64,000 nt of DNA from Candidatus Moanibacter sp. (lineage in GTDB: Bacteria > Verrucomicrobiota > Verrucomicrobiia > Opitutales > UBA2987). This document shows, one piece after another, positions 44,557 through 54,688 of this stretch. The stretch's first letter is position 1; every line of letters starts with the position of its first letter. The DNA is taken from contig CBDCEW010000102.1 in assembly GCA_965215885.1 (NCBI GenBank), positions 123,994 to 187,993 on the forward strand, in the 5' to 3' direction. A program made the position numbers and the translations under genes. The notes under the pieces are model-generated. The model made no database searches and was not told the origin of the DNA. It was given only the letters and a program-made list of their open reading frames with translations.

Positions 44557-44998
44557 GAGCCATTCGCGCAATTGGTCGTATAAGCAACGCCTTCTTAACC
44601 CGCACCGAGAAATGCTCTCTAACCATTGCCTTCACAAAATTCGGCCCTGCCGTCTCTTGTGTGAGGCTGACGTTATGCAATTGGCAAAGCCCTTCGTCGA
44701 AGTTTGAAAAGGAGAACCCACCGCACGCGCAAGCGCACAGAAATTTCGCGTCTTTAGCGGGCAGAAAAAATCAGATATGCTAGAGATATAGTACAGACGA
44801 TCCCTGTGTCGAAGAGCACGCGGAAACAAACGTAAAGCTAAGATTTGGCCCGCGAAACACGCCAAACACGCTAAAAATATCTTTGGGCGCAATCCCGGCA
44901 GGCCGGGAAAAGGACAGCAATCGCGACAGGCTGGGAAAAGAACCTGTCCTTTAAAAGGTGGGCTCCTGTGTTGAGGGAGAGCTATAGAGGAGAGAATT

Positions 44999-45180
44999 CT
45001 AGCCCGGACATTTCACACACTTCGTAGCGAGACAGCGTAGATTGCTGCATATCAGAGCCTTTCCGCAGGGCGGCGGGCGACAATGTGTTGGAACCCTCTG
45101 AGGTCGGCGGGCAAGGGAAGGCTTTGATATGTAGTGAGATCCGCGGTCGTAGTAGAAGGTTTGTGAGATGTTCGGGCTAG
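44999..45180. mobile_element. MITE family A, full-length copy
   Basis: Aligns end to end with 31468-31648; CTAG at both ends. Confidence 0.85.
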
Positions 45181-45713
45181 AATCTATTTTTCCACATCAT
45201 CGACTCAATGGGAATGGATGAGCGGATGGCGTATTTTGCTGAATCCTTGCGATTGTAGGGGGTAATGACGTTTCCGCTGACTTCAAAATAGATGAGCTGA
45301 CCGATCGGCATTCCGGCGTAAACACGAACGGGCTGGTGAACGGAGATTTCGAGCGTCCAATGATTACAAAATCCGACATCGCCTTTGCCGGCGGTGGCAT
45401 GGATATCGATTCCAAGGCGGCCGACGCTTGATTTACCCTCAAGAAAGGGAACGTGTCGATGTGTTTCGGTGTACTCCGTGGTTATGCCGAGATATATCTT
45501 ACCTGGGCAAAGGACGATCCCTTCGGCAGGGATGGAGAGCCGTTCGACATCGTTATGCTTCCTGGCGTCGAGGATCTCGTCTCGATAGAGAGCGAGTTGA
45601 TCGCTGAGGTGGACGTCGTAGCTGTTAGTACCGAGGCAATCGCCGCAGAAGGGCTCGATCACAATGTCACCTTTCTTAAGCGATTCAAGAATGGCCTGAT
45701 CGGAAAGAATCAT
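45177..45713 (-). CDS. dcd: dCTP deaminase
   Basis: MILSD, EGKSSVGRLG, TLEI, GMPIGQL. Confidence 0.93.
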   Translation of the reverse strand: MILSDQAILESLKKGDIVIEPFCGDCLGTNSYDVHLSDQLALYRDEILDARKHNDVERLSIPAEGIVLCPGKIYLGITTEYTETHRHVPFLEGKSSVGRLGIDIHATAGKGDVGFCNHWTLEISVHQPVRVYAGMPIGQLIYFEVSGNVITPYNRKDSAKYAIRSSIPIESMMWKNRF

Positions 45714-45739
45714 GAGTTCGGAAATCTCTTACAATGCGG

Positions 45740-46042
45740 TTAGGGGTTGAGCAATTCCGGAGCTCTTTTGTCTTTTCCTGCCGTCTTGTGATACCGACCC
45801 GTTAGCTTGTCGCGTTCGTAGCGTGTAAATCCGGCATTCTCGACGCTCTTGCTACCGGTCAATTTGGCGGTGCGTCCCGGGGTGTACTTGGCGGAGACGT
45901 TTGGGGGAGAATAGACGCGTCGAACCTCCTGACCGGTCTTGGGATGCTGAGTCAAGGCCGGTTCCGACATGGATTGCTGGACCTCGAATATCTCACCGTC
46001 GGTCCCGTCGTCGTTGACTATCTGGTAGACGTAGGTAGGCAT
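45740..46042 (-). CDS. FmdB-like family protein (Cys-less PVC variant)
   Basis: MPTYVY...FEVQQSMSEPALTQHP...GFTRYER. Confidence 0.75.
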   Translation of the reverse strand: MPTYVYQIVNDDGTDGEIFEVQQSMSEPALTQHPKTGQEVRRVYSPPNVSAKYTPGRTAKLTGSKSVENAGFTRYERDKLTGRYHKTAGKDKRAPELLNP

Positions 46043-46187
46043 ATCTGTGTAAGCGGAGTAGTTCTTTAATCGGATGAATAATTCGAAAAGTAAACTGTAT
46101 TGAGCGGGCGCCCAACGAAGCCTGCAGGTAGACGCTACGGGATTCAATTGAATAAAGATGGAGAATCCGCCGAAAGTCAAAATCGGG

Positions 46188-46214
46188 TGTCGAATTTAGA
46201 TGCCTGGATTCGTC
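46188..46214 (+). promoter_or_regulatory. ECF42-type promoter TGTCGA-17-CGTC
   Basis: Matches the ECF42 consensus, directly upstream of the DGPF gene. Confidence 0.7.
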
Positions 46215-46268
46215 TTATTCATTAGGCAAACGGAATAGACTCGAAAGGAAATAAGGTTTAGGGGAAGA

Positions 46269-46625
46269 GTGATGGATGAGTATATGATGATGTTGCGTGG
46301 CGGGTATGACGAATTTAACAGGATGACACCGGAAGAAACGCAGCGTTCTCTCGAAGAGTACCGAGCGTGGACGCAGCGCCTCATCGACAAGGGGAGGTTT
46401 GTTAGGGCCGAGAAACTGGGTTCGGACGGGGTTAGATACCTTAGAACAGATCGCGACCGAATCGTCGTTGATGGACCATTTGCCGAGACAAAGGAGACAA
46501 TTGGGGGCTTAATAATCGTGAAGGCAGCCGATCTCGAAGATTTACAGGAAATTGCTGACGGGTGTCCGATATTCGGCCACGGAGGCGATATCGAAGTGAG
46601 AAGAATCGAGAAGATAGAGATTTAA
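46269..46625 (+). CDS. YciI/DGPF-domain protein
   Basis: VDGPFAETKETIGG. Confidence 0.9.
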   Translation: MMDEYMMMLRGGYDEFNRMTPEETQRSLEEYRAWTQRLIDKGRFVRAEKLGSDGVRYLRTDRDRIVVDGPFAETKETIGGLIIVKAADLEDLQEIADGCPIFGHGGDIEVRRIEKIEI

Positions 46626-46683
46626 GCAGAGCTCGCCAGAAATTCGTCCGACAATTGGGCAGTAGATTGCGAAATTTTCATCA

Positions 46684-48027
46684 ATGAAGGAAAAGAATGA
46701 AGGGGTGCGAGGAGCGAATGATTTGGTTGCGACACTCGTCGAGCATTTCTTCCGGTACCGTTCAGGGCAGCTCGTCGCCAGTCTCACGCGGATATTTGGT
46801 GTCGAGAATATAGGTCTCGCCGAGGACGTCGTGCAGGAGACCCTCCTGAAAGCTCTCCGACTGTGGCCGTTCAAAGGTATTCCGGATGCACCGAGTGCAT
46901 GGCTGACAAGAGTGGCTCGAAATCTTGCTATCGACCAGATACGGCGAAATGGACGACTTCAAGAGATTGCTGCTGAAGGAGACCCAGCGGGCAATTCATG
47001 GAGGTGCAGTGATCCGCTGATGGCGCTGGATGATCCGACAGGGGACGATCAGCTGACAATGATATTCCTGTGTTGCCACCCACTTCTTTCACAGGAGGTG
47101 CAGACCACGCTGGCTTTGCGATACGTGGGTGGACTTGGAAATTCGGAGATCGCGCAGGCTTTTCTGGTCAGGGAGGAGGCCATTGCACAGCGGATTGTCC
47201 GAGCGAAGCGGAAGTTGATCGATGCCGATATCTCGTTTAAACTGCCGGTTGAGAAGGAATTGGGGGAGCGTATCGAAGCGGTCTTGTCTGTCATTTATCT
47301 CCTCTTCAATGAGGGATATCTCGCAACTGCGGGGGAGTCGCTGGTTCGACGGGAAATGTGTGATGAGGCTGTGCGGCTCGCCTCGATCATGGCGTCGCAT
47401 CCGAGGGTCTCGAGGCCAGAAGTTCACGCATTACTCGCCTTAATGAAATTTCAGAGCTCGCGAGTGGAGGCGCGAGTTGATCCGGCCGGTAATCTGCTTC
47501 TTCTTTCACAGCAGGATCGGCGGAGGTGGGACCGGAAGTCGATTGAGGAGGGCCTGCACCATCTGAGACTTGCGGCTGCGGGCGAGCAATTGAGCACCTA
47601 TCACTTGCTCGCCGGAATTGCATCCTGTCATGCCGTTGCAGAGACCGTTAAAGAGACAGATTGGAATGCTGTCCTCTTCTATTATGATGAGCTGTATAGG
47701 CGGACGGACTCGCCCATCGTCGGTCTGAATCGCACGGTAGCAATCATGAGAGTGAAGGGACCTGAGGCCGGTATGATTGAGGCGGAAAGACTGGCCAAGG
47801 AATCTGTTCTTCAAAGGTACTATTTGTTGCCTGCTCTATTAGGGGAGATTCGCTTCAGAATGGGTCAATGCGATGATTCTATTCGGGATTTTGAAAGGGC
47901 ACTCTGTCTGACCGAGAATAAGGTGGAGAAACGATTTATCAGAAGAAAGTTGGACGAAATTTGGAAAGAGCAGGAACGGGTGCGGTGCATTTCCGGTTCA
48001 GAGATGATCTCCACAACCCGGGTATAA
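46684..48027 (+). CDS. ECF42 sigma factor with TPR-like C-terminal extension
   Basis: AEDVVQE..WP..GIPD.PSAWL, IFLCCHP, YLLFNEGY, QDRRRWDR. Confidence 0.92.
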   Translation: MKEKNEGVRGANDLVATLVEHFFRYRSGQLVASLTRIFGVENIGLAEDVVQETLLKALRLWPFKGIPDAPSAWLTRVARNLAIDQIRRNGRLQEIAAEGDPAGNSWRCSDPLMALDDPTGDDQLTMIFLCCHPLLSQEVQTTLALRYVGGLGNSEIAQAFLVREEAIAQRIVRAKRKLIDADISFKLPVEKELGERIEAVLSVIYLLFNEGYLATAGESLVRREMCDEAVRLASIMASHPRVSRPEVHALLALMKFQSSRVEARVDPAGNLLLLSQQDRRRWDRKSIEEGLHHLRLAAAGEQLSTYHLLAGIASCHAVAETVKETDWNAVLFYYDELYRRTDSPIVGLNRTVAIMRVKGPEAGMIEAERLAKESVLQRYYLLPALLGEIRFRMGQCDDSIRDFERALCLTENKVEKRFIRRKLDEIWKEQERVRCISGSEMISTTRV

Positions 48028-48028
48028 T

Positions 48029-48526
48029 ATGAGGAGATTTCGGTCGGCAGGCAGAGTTTCGGGATGGGTGACATTGCTCTCCGTGTTGGGCGCTGCGAAT
48101 TTAACCTCGAATGAGAAGGAAGTAAGCATGAGCAAAATTGAAGATATTCATAAGAGCTACCGCTTCGATCAATCGCCGGAGCGTGTCTTCGAGGCGTGGA
48201 CGTCCAGCGACACGGTTGTTGAACCAGTGACTCGTCATGAGGTTGATCTCCGGGTAGGTGGAAAGATCCGCCTCTTTATCGAGACCGAAGAGATGACGTC
48301 TGTGATGGAGGGAGAATTCAAGGAGACCTCAAAGCCGGATAAGCTTATTTACACTTGGGAGTGGGTGGGAAGCGGAGAAGTGACGACGGTGGAGGTTCGG
48401 TTCGAGGCGACAGAGGGTGGGACGGAAGTGACTGTGGTTCATACCGGCTTCACTTCGCAGGATAGCAAAGAGACTCACGATAGCGGCTGGGACTCTTATC
48501 TGGAGCAGCTCGCGGAGCGGCTTTAG
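48029..48526 (+). CDS. SRPBCC/AHSA1-domain protein
   Basis: PERVFEAWT, DLRVGG, HDSGW; start may be 48128. Confidence 0.85.
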   Translation: MRRFRSAGRVSGWVTLLSVLGAANLTSNEKEVSMSKIEDIHKSYRFDQSPERVFEAWTSSDTVVEPVTRHEVDLRVGGKIRLFIETEEMTSVMEGEFKETSKPDKLIYTWEWVGSGEVTTVEVRFEATEGGTEVTVVHTGFTSQDSKETHDSGWDSYLEQLAERL

Positions 48527-48622
48527 CGCGAAGATTCCAAAAATCTTCGGGCTAGAAAACGAAACTGCATTGAAACAGGTACTGTCACGCGGGCTTGCGC
48601 GTGGAGTTCTTATCCACAGGAT

Positions 48623-48752
48623 TGATTCTGCTGAAAAAGTCGTCGTATCGGGATCTTCGACCACGTTCTTGCGAACGCGGCTACAGATATCAACGATTTA
48701 CGAAACGTTGTAGCCGCGTTCGCAAGAACGTGGGGGTTTTTCAGCAGAATCA
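48623..48752. mobile_element. MITE-like element (TIR TGATTCTGCTGAAAAA) carrying a REPIN
   Basis: 16-bp perfect TIR around the same REP pair as 6983-7055. Confidence 0.75.
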
Positions 48753-48758
48753 GGATTT

Positions 48759-50537
48759 GTGAATATGGATAAGAACAGCATTGCTGAGATCTTGAACGAG
48801 ATTGGAGTTCTCCTCGAACTGAAGGGTGAGAATGCGTTCAAGATAAGGGCATATCAATCAGGCGCGCGCGCGCTGGAAAGTCTCGACGAGGATATCTCCG
48901 ATGTGGTCAACGAAAGCCGCCTGAATTCGATAAAGGGTATCGGGAAGGCATTGGCGGAGAAAATCGAGACTCTGCATAGATCGGGAAAGCTGGAGTATTA
49001 TGACAAGCTGAGGTCTTCTGTACCGAAAGGTCTGATTGAAATGCTGGAAATCGCCGGGATGGGTGCGAAAAAGATCAGGGCGGTGCATCAATCTCTCGAG
49101 ATTGATTCCATCAGCGAGTTGGAAAAAGCGTGTAGGGAGGGGAGAATAGCGAACCTTACCGGATTCGGGGCGAAGTCACAAGAGAAGATCCTCACCGGCA
49201 TCAGAAATCGCGAGATTTATAGTAAGCGGCACATCTGGTGGGATGCACGGAGTGTGGCGCAGCCGATATTGGATGGATTGCGTAAACTACCGGAGGTAAC
49301 AAGAGCGGAACACGCGGGAAGCCTGCGTCGCGGTTGTGAGACGGTTGGAGATCTCGATTTTATCGTCGCCTCCTCAAATTCCGGCCCGATCATGGAATGG
49401 TTTACGGAGCAGGGTGGAATCGCGGAAGTAACCGCGAAGGGAGAAACGAAGTCCAGCGTACGATTGGAAGGCGGAATTCAGGCGGACCTTCGGGTAGTGC
49501 CTGAAGAGCAGTTTTACTTCGCGCTACACCACTTTACCGGATCGAAAGATCACAACGTGCTGATGAGACAACGTGCCATAAGTCGAGGGTACAGTCTCAG
49601 TGAATGGGGAATCACGGAAAGGAGTGAGCCGTCTTCGCTACGCTGCGCCGAGCCAGGGAGTGATGGTGAAGGGGAGAGGAAGGAATTGAGAACGATACGG
49701 TCGGAGAAGGACCTTTTCGGCTTTCTGGGATTAGCCTACATCATGCCGGAACTGCGGGAAGGTCTTGATGAAATCGAAGAGGCGGAGAAGCTCGGAATGC
49801 CGAACCTGGTAAAGGAAGAAGATATTCGAGGAGTTTTTCACAATCACACAACGGCGTCAGACGGGCACAATACACTGGAAGAAATGGCAGAGGCGGCGGA
49901 GAATCTGGGTTGGGAATATCTGGGCATTGCGGATCATTCCAAGGCGAGTTTTCAGGCGAATGGTTTGGACGAGGAACGCCTCTCGAGCCAGATCAGACAG
50001 ATAGAAAGACTGAATCAATCCGGAAGGTTTCAAATCAGAATATTCAGTGGAGTGGAGTGTGACATTCTACCCAATGGCGATCTCGATCTGGCCGATGCGG
50101 TTCTGGAGGAACTCGATTATGTGGTCGTTTCCGTGCATTCTTCATTCAGTCAGAGCGAAGAGGAGATGACGGCCCGTATCATCAAAGGGATCGAGCACCC
50201 CTGTTCCACGATGTTGGCGCATATGACGGGACGAATACTCCTGAGGCGCGAAGGTTATCGAGTAAACGAGGAAAAAGTGATCGATGCGGCGATCGCGAAC
50301 AAAAAGATCATTGAACTTAATGGGAATCCCTATCGACTCGATATGGACTGGCGGTTTTGGAAAAAGGCGGCTACAAAAGGCCTTAAGTGTGCGATTAATC
50401 CGGATGCGCACAGCACAGGAGGCCTCGAGTACTTCCGCGCCGGGGTAGTGGCAGCGAGAAAGGGCTGGCTAACGGCGGCGGATATCCTCAATACGAGCGC
50501 GGTGGAAAGGGTGGAGACTCATTTTGGCCGTCGCTAG
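48759..50537 (+). CDS. polX: DNA polymerase X / PHP 3'-5' exonuclease
   Basis: [37 protein letters not shown]. Confidence 0.95.
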   Translation: MNMDKNSIAEILNEIGVLLELKGENAFKIRAYQSGARALESLDEDISDVVNESRLNSIKGIGKALAEKIETLHRSGKLEYYDKLRSSVPKGLIEMLEIAGMGAKKIRAVHQSLEIDSISELEKACREGRIANLTGFGAKSQEKILTGIRNREIYSKRHIWWDARSVAQPILDGLRKLPEVTRAEHAGSLRRGCETVGDLDFIVASSNSGPIMEWFTEQGGIAEVTAKGETKSSVRLEGGIQADLRVVPEEQFYFALHHFTGSKDHNVLMRQRAISRGYSLSEWGITERSEPSSLRCAEPGSDGEGERKELRTIRSEKDLFGFLGLAYIMPELREGLDEIEEAEKLGMPNLVKEEDIRGVFHNHTTASDGHNTLEEMAEAAENLGWEYLGIADHSKASFQANGLDEERLSSQIRQIERLNQSGRFQIRIFSGVECDILPNGDLDLADAVLEELDYVVVSVHSSFSQSEEEMTARIIKGIEHPCSTMLAHMTGRILLRREGYRVNEEKVIDAAIANKKIIELNGNPYRLDMDWRFWKKAATKGLKCAINPDAHSTGGLEYFRAGVVAARKGWLTAADILNTSAVERVETHFGRR

Positions 50538-50634
50538 GAATCTGTCGGATTCAGCTTTCTAGATTCGCGGAATGATTCAGCTATCTGGGTGCGTTCGTGG
50601 AATGCGGGCAATTTGACCACCGACATCTTCCTGG
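50534..50634. mobile_element. MITE family B copy on the polX TAG stop
   Basis: ctaggaatctgtcgg...ccgacatcttcctgg. Confidence 0.8.
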
Positions 50635-50721
50635 TCGCTCTGCCGAGTGGCAGAGCGGGAGAGGCAGAGTGTGGAAAAAGAGAGTATCGACAGAGAGTGT
50701 AGATTTGAGGAACATAAGGGC

Positions 50722-51100
50722 GTGAAAATAGACTGCATCATTCTATTGATGGTGTTTGCGGTGACCATTTTCGGATACGCGAAAGAGGCGGGGCAAGGGG
50801 ATTCTTTCCCTTCAGGAAAGTGGGTCGACTTATCCCATGACTACTCGGAAGAAACACCCTATTGGCCGACGGCAGATGGATTCAAGCTGACGGTTGATTT
50901 TAATGGGATGACTGAGGGCGGCTATTACTACGCGGCCAATTCGTTTTGCGGCGCTGAGCATGGGGGCACCCATATTGACGCGCCGATACATTTTGCACGC
51001 GATCGATTGACGGTGGATCGGATACCCTTGGAGCAGCTGGTGGGTGAGGGCGTTGTCCTGGATGTTTCGGAGAACGCGTTGGGAAATCCTGATTATCTAG
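50722..51100 (+). pseudogene. Cyclase / kynurenine formamidase family protein truncated by IS
   Basis: VDLSH, AEHGGTHIDAPIHF; homology stops at the IS end. Confidence 0.85.
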
Positions 51101-53019
51101 ACCTTATCCGAAAAGCTACTGATTGGCCGCAAAGAGGCGCAAAAGGCGCAAGAAAAACTTGAGAAAAATCATTTTGTGGCTTGATAAAAAGTGTCGCAAC
51201 ATGCTAGTGTTTAACAACCTAAGATTAAGAAAGGAGTTAAACATGCCAACATGTGCGACAGAGGAGAACAAAAGCGATAAGACGCCCCTTAGCAACCTCA
51301 TTCTGCCGGTTCCAGACACGGATTTCCGTGATTTTCTGGATGAAGTTGAAGAATTGGCCGGGTTCGCGGCGCAAATCATCGAGGCGATCGAGAAGGATCT
51401 GGACGCCCATGCGCGTGAGAAGAAGAAACTTCGATTGGAAGATCGCAGGTTCTTTGAAGGGCGCACAGCGGAGCTGCCGGAGCTGGACATCGAGGAGGAG
51501 AATATTCTGGCTGCTGAATTGAATCTTGGGGCAGGCCGGCCGCGGATGCCGGCTTATGCGGTATACGTGTTCGTGATGATTCGAGGGTTTCTGGGTTCGT
51601 TGACCACGAAACCGGCACGGCGGTTTGTGCGCGAGTCGATGAGCTTGTACGGATTTTTGCAGAGCGGGGGACTGAGAATGCCGGCGGTGACGACGATTCT
51701 GGAGAACGTGAACCTGGTCAGCCATACGACCCGCGAGTTGATCTTTGATAAACAGATTGGGTTTATCCTCCAGGAGCAATGGGACGATTTCGGGAAGCTG
51801 ACGATCGACAGCACCTCGGTGAAAGCAAACAGCTGCTGGCCCACCGATGGGAAGATTCTGAGCGGTCTTTTGATGCGGGCCAATCGTTTGGGTCAGAAGT
51901 TGCATGTCTTCGGGCTGGAGGATTTTCGCAAGGGATGGGTTGGGCGTTGGCTGGAGGAAATGGACAAGCTGGAGTTTCAGATTTGTCTGGCCGCGGGCAA
52001 ACCGAAGTCGAAGGGCAAGCTGAAGAAACACTACCGGCGGTTGCTCAAGCGGGGCCGCAAGGCGGCCGACTCACTAACGGGGGAACTGAGCCATCTTGAA
52101 GAGGGCCTGTCGATGGATTCACTGCCTCCCACTCGCCGGGAGCTTCTGGAGCGGGCATTGAGCCAGATCAGGGGCGATATTGCCGACGCCAAGCGGGTTG
52201 TTGAGTATGCTCATGATCGGGTGTTTCACGAAAAGAAGCTACCGTCCACACAGAAGGTCCTGAGCCTCTCGGACGGATCGGCGGCCTACATCAAGAAGGG
52301 CAGCCGCAATCCAGTGATCGGGTACAAGCCACAACTGGTTCGCAGCGAAAACGGTTTTGTCACCAGCCTGATCGTACCGCAAGGCAACGCGGCAGACTCC
52401 ATTGAGCTGGCGCCGGCCATCGGCGATTCGATCAAGCGCACCGGTGTCATTGCTGAACTGGTCAGCACCGATGACGGATATGCTTCGGCGAAGGGACGCA
52501 AGGAGGTGCTGAGCATGGGGGTAAAGCAGATCAGTATCAGTGGGGCGAAGGGCAAGAAGTTGACCACCCCCGAGGACTGGGAGAGCGAGGCGTATCGCGA
52601 GGCACGCCGCGATCGCTCCGCAGTGGAGTCGCTGATGTTCACGATTAAAGATGGATTTGCCTTTGGCGAACTCGGCCGCCGCGGCATCGATGCGGTAGGC
52701 GATGAACTGCTCGAGAAGGTTCTGGCCTACAACTTCTGCCGCATCATACTGATGAAGAAACGCCGAGGGGAGGAACTGGAACAGGCAGCCTGAATCTGAC
52801 CGCTTTGAAGCTCAGAGAAAAAAGCACCACGGGATGAGTATGCCTCCAGACAGCGGCAAATATACGTATTGTGCAGCAAGCCACGCCGATGGCCGCTCAA
52901 TACCTGCTCATCGGCAGCGCCGGCAGCCTAAAACCCGAAACCTGCCAGCCATAGGCTGGTCCGCCCGTGGCGGAGAACCTTAAACCGCCCGCTCGAAAGG
53001 CTTTTCGAATGGGGTCTAG
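51097..53019 (+). mobile_element. IS5-like insertion sequence flanked by CTAG
   Basis: Imperfect TIR ctagaccttatccgaaaagc / gcttttcgaatggggtctag. Confidence 0.85.
51243..52793 (+). CDS. DDE transposase (IS5/ISNCY-like)
   Basis: IDSTSVKAN..WPTD, STDDGY, RSAVES; AGGAG before the ATG. Confidence 0.88.
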   Translation: MPTCATEENKSDKTPLSNLILPVPDTDFRDFLDEVEELAGFAAQIIEAIEKDLDAHAREKKKLRLEDRRFFEGRTAELPELDIEEENILAAELNLGAGRPRMPAYAVYVFVMIRGFLGSLTTKPARRFVRESMSLYGFLQSGGLRMPAVTTILENVNLVSHTTRELIFDKQIGFILQEQWDDFGKLTIDSTSVKANSCWPTDGKILSGLLMRANRLGQKLHVFGLEDFRKGWVGRWLEEMDKLEFQICLAAGKPKSKGKLKKHYRRLLKRGRKAADSLTGELSHLEEGLSMDSLPPTRRELLERALSQIRGDIADAKRVVEYAHDRVFHEKKLPSTQKVLSLSDGSAAYIKKGSRNPVIGYKPQLVRSENGFVTSLIVPQGNAADSIELAPAIGDSIKRTGVIAELVSTDDGYASAKGRKEVLSMGVKQISISGAKGKKLTTPEDWESEAYREARRDRSAVESLMFTIKDGFAFGELGRRGIDAVGDELLEKVLAYNFCRIILMKKRRGEELEQAA

Positions 53020-53029
53020 ATACTCTGGC

Positions 53030-54117
53030 ATGATCACCTACCGCACAGCAATCATCGGCTGCAGCCGGATGGGCGCCTTTATCGATAATGAGGTAGGAGA
53101 CCTCGCAGCCGTTATGCGCCCGTTTTCTCACGCGGCCGGTTACCGGGCCTGCCCGCGCACCCGGATCGTGGCCTGTTCCGATGTCCGTGAAGAGGTTATG
53201 GTGTGTTTCGGTGAGGAATATGATGTTCCCGGAGAGAAACGGTATTCCGACTATCGCGACATGATAAAAAGAGAGTCTCCGGACATCGTTAGCGTCGCGA
53301 CCCAGCCCGAACAACGGGCCGAAATCGTTATCCACGCCGCGAACTATGGCGTCAAAGCGATCTACGCTGAGAAGGCGCTGGCGGCTTCCCTGGAAGAAGC
53401 CGACGCCATGCGCAATGCCATCGAAGGGAATGGAACAGTTTTTAATATGGGAACCAACCGGCGTTGGGAGGTGGGTTATTTGGAGTTGAAAGCCCTCATC
53501 GAGAGCGGAAAATACGGCGCTCTCGAATCATTCATCATCTACGGTAACGGGACGCTCTTCAACACCGCCAGCCACACTCTCGACCTCATGCTCACGATGG
53601 CCGGCGATGTCGCTCCCGAATGGGTGCAGGCCACCCTCAGAGAAGGCGATAACAAGCTCTATCGTGACGGTGATCTCGCGATCGATCCGGTCGGGGAAGG
53701 CATCGTTCAATTTCCCGGCGGGGTTCGCGGGTACGCTCTCCATACCGCCCGCCGAGTCGATTTTGAGGCCATTTGCGAATCCGGGACGGTCACGGCCCGC
53801 AATAACGGTCAGAAATGGGAAGTCTACGAGCGCCACAGCGTCGCAGGTGCCCGGTATCCCATCTACCGACCCGGATCGTTTCCCGAATTCGAAAGGCGCA
53901 GTTCGACCTTGACGCTGATTGAGGATATCGTGCGGGCCCTTGATAGCGGCCGTCCTACCCGGGGGGGATTCGCGTGGCCTGCATCAACCTCGAGATTATC
54001 TTTGCCTTCATCGAATCCCACCGTCTTGGAGGCGCCCGCGTCGCCCTCCCCCTGGAAACCCGGGATCTGAAACTGAATCGCAAATTCGCGCCGAAGCAGC
54101 CAATATTCGAAGCGTAA
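53030..54117 (+). pseudogene. Gfo/Idh/MocA oxidoreductase with a frameshift at G7 (53961-53967); possibly a sequencing error
   Basis: AIIGCSRMG, IYAEKALA; one extra G restores RGGIRVACINLEIIFAFIESHRLGGARVALP. Confidence 0.8.
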
Positions 54118-54258
54118 GTATGACGGCGAAGGCGAGGCATGTAGGACCGCGCTTCCATCTTTCGTCCCAGCGGGCCGGGACTTCGGAGGACAGGTGCGCG
54201 GGATGAACATTGTTGTCGTCATCGGTGATCTACTTGATCAGGATGTGGTGGGAAACCG

Positions 54259-54471
54259 ATGATGTTCGATGTCTGTGTGGTTGGCCACGTAACGAAGGAC
54301 CTCGTGCGCACCGCAGAGGGTGAATTCGAGATGCCCGGGGGCACGGCCTATTATACGGCCATTGCTCTTAAGAATCTCGGCATGCGCGTTGCGGTAATTA
54401 CGAAACTGCTCGAACAGGACGTAAGAGATATTGCCCATGCCGTCGGACAGCCTTTGCCTGAAAGGGCCTGA
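54259..54471 (+). pseudogene. PfkB-family kinase N-terminal fragment
   Basis: VVGHVTKD...PGGTAYY...LG; ends after 70 aa. Confidence 0.65.
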
Positions 54472-54688
54472 TCTGAGACTTTACTGCCGGTGAGGGTCTC
54501 CGGGCGGTTCGCAGACACTTCTTAGGACCGAAAACCACGCCCGTAGGTGCGAGTTTATCTTACCCTTTGTCTACCATCTTTTGTGTAGCTCGACAAGGTT
54601 CGGGACGAGGTTCGCGACAAGGTTACCAGGGATTTCGGAACTATCTTCTGGATTCAATCCAACGGCGCCGAAAAGCTCCCGCTTTCCG

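Noticed and set aside
44570..44990. Short low-complexity motifs (cacgccaaacacgctaaaa and similar)
   Set aside because: Too degenerate to define as an element from this window alone
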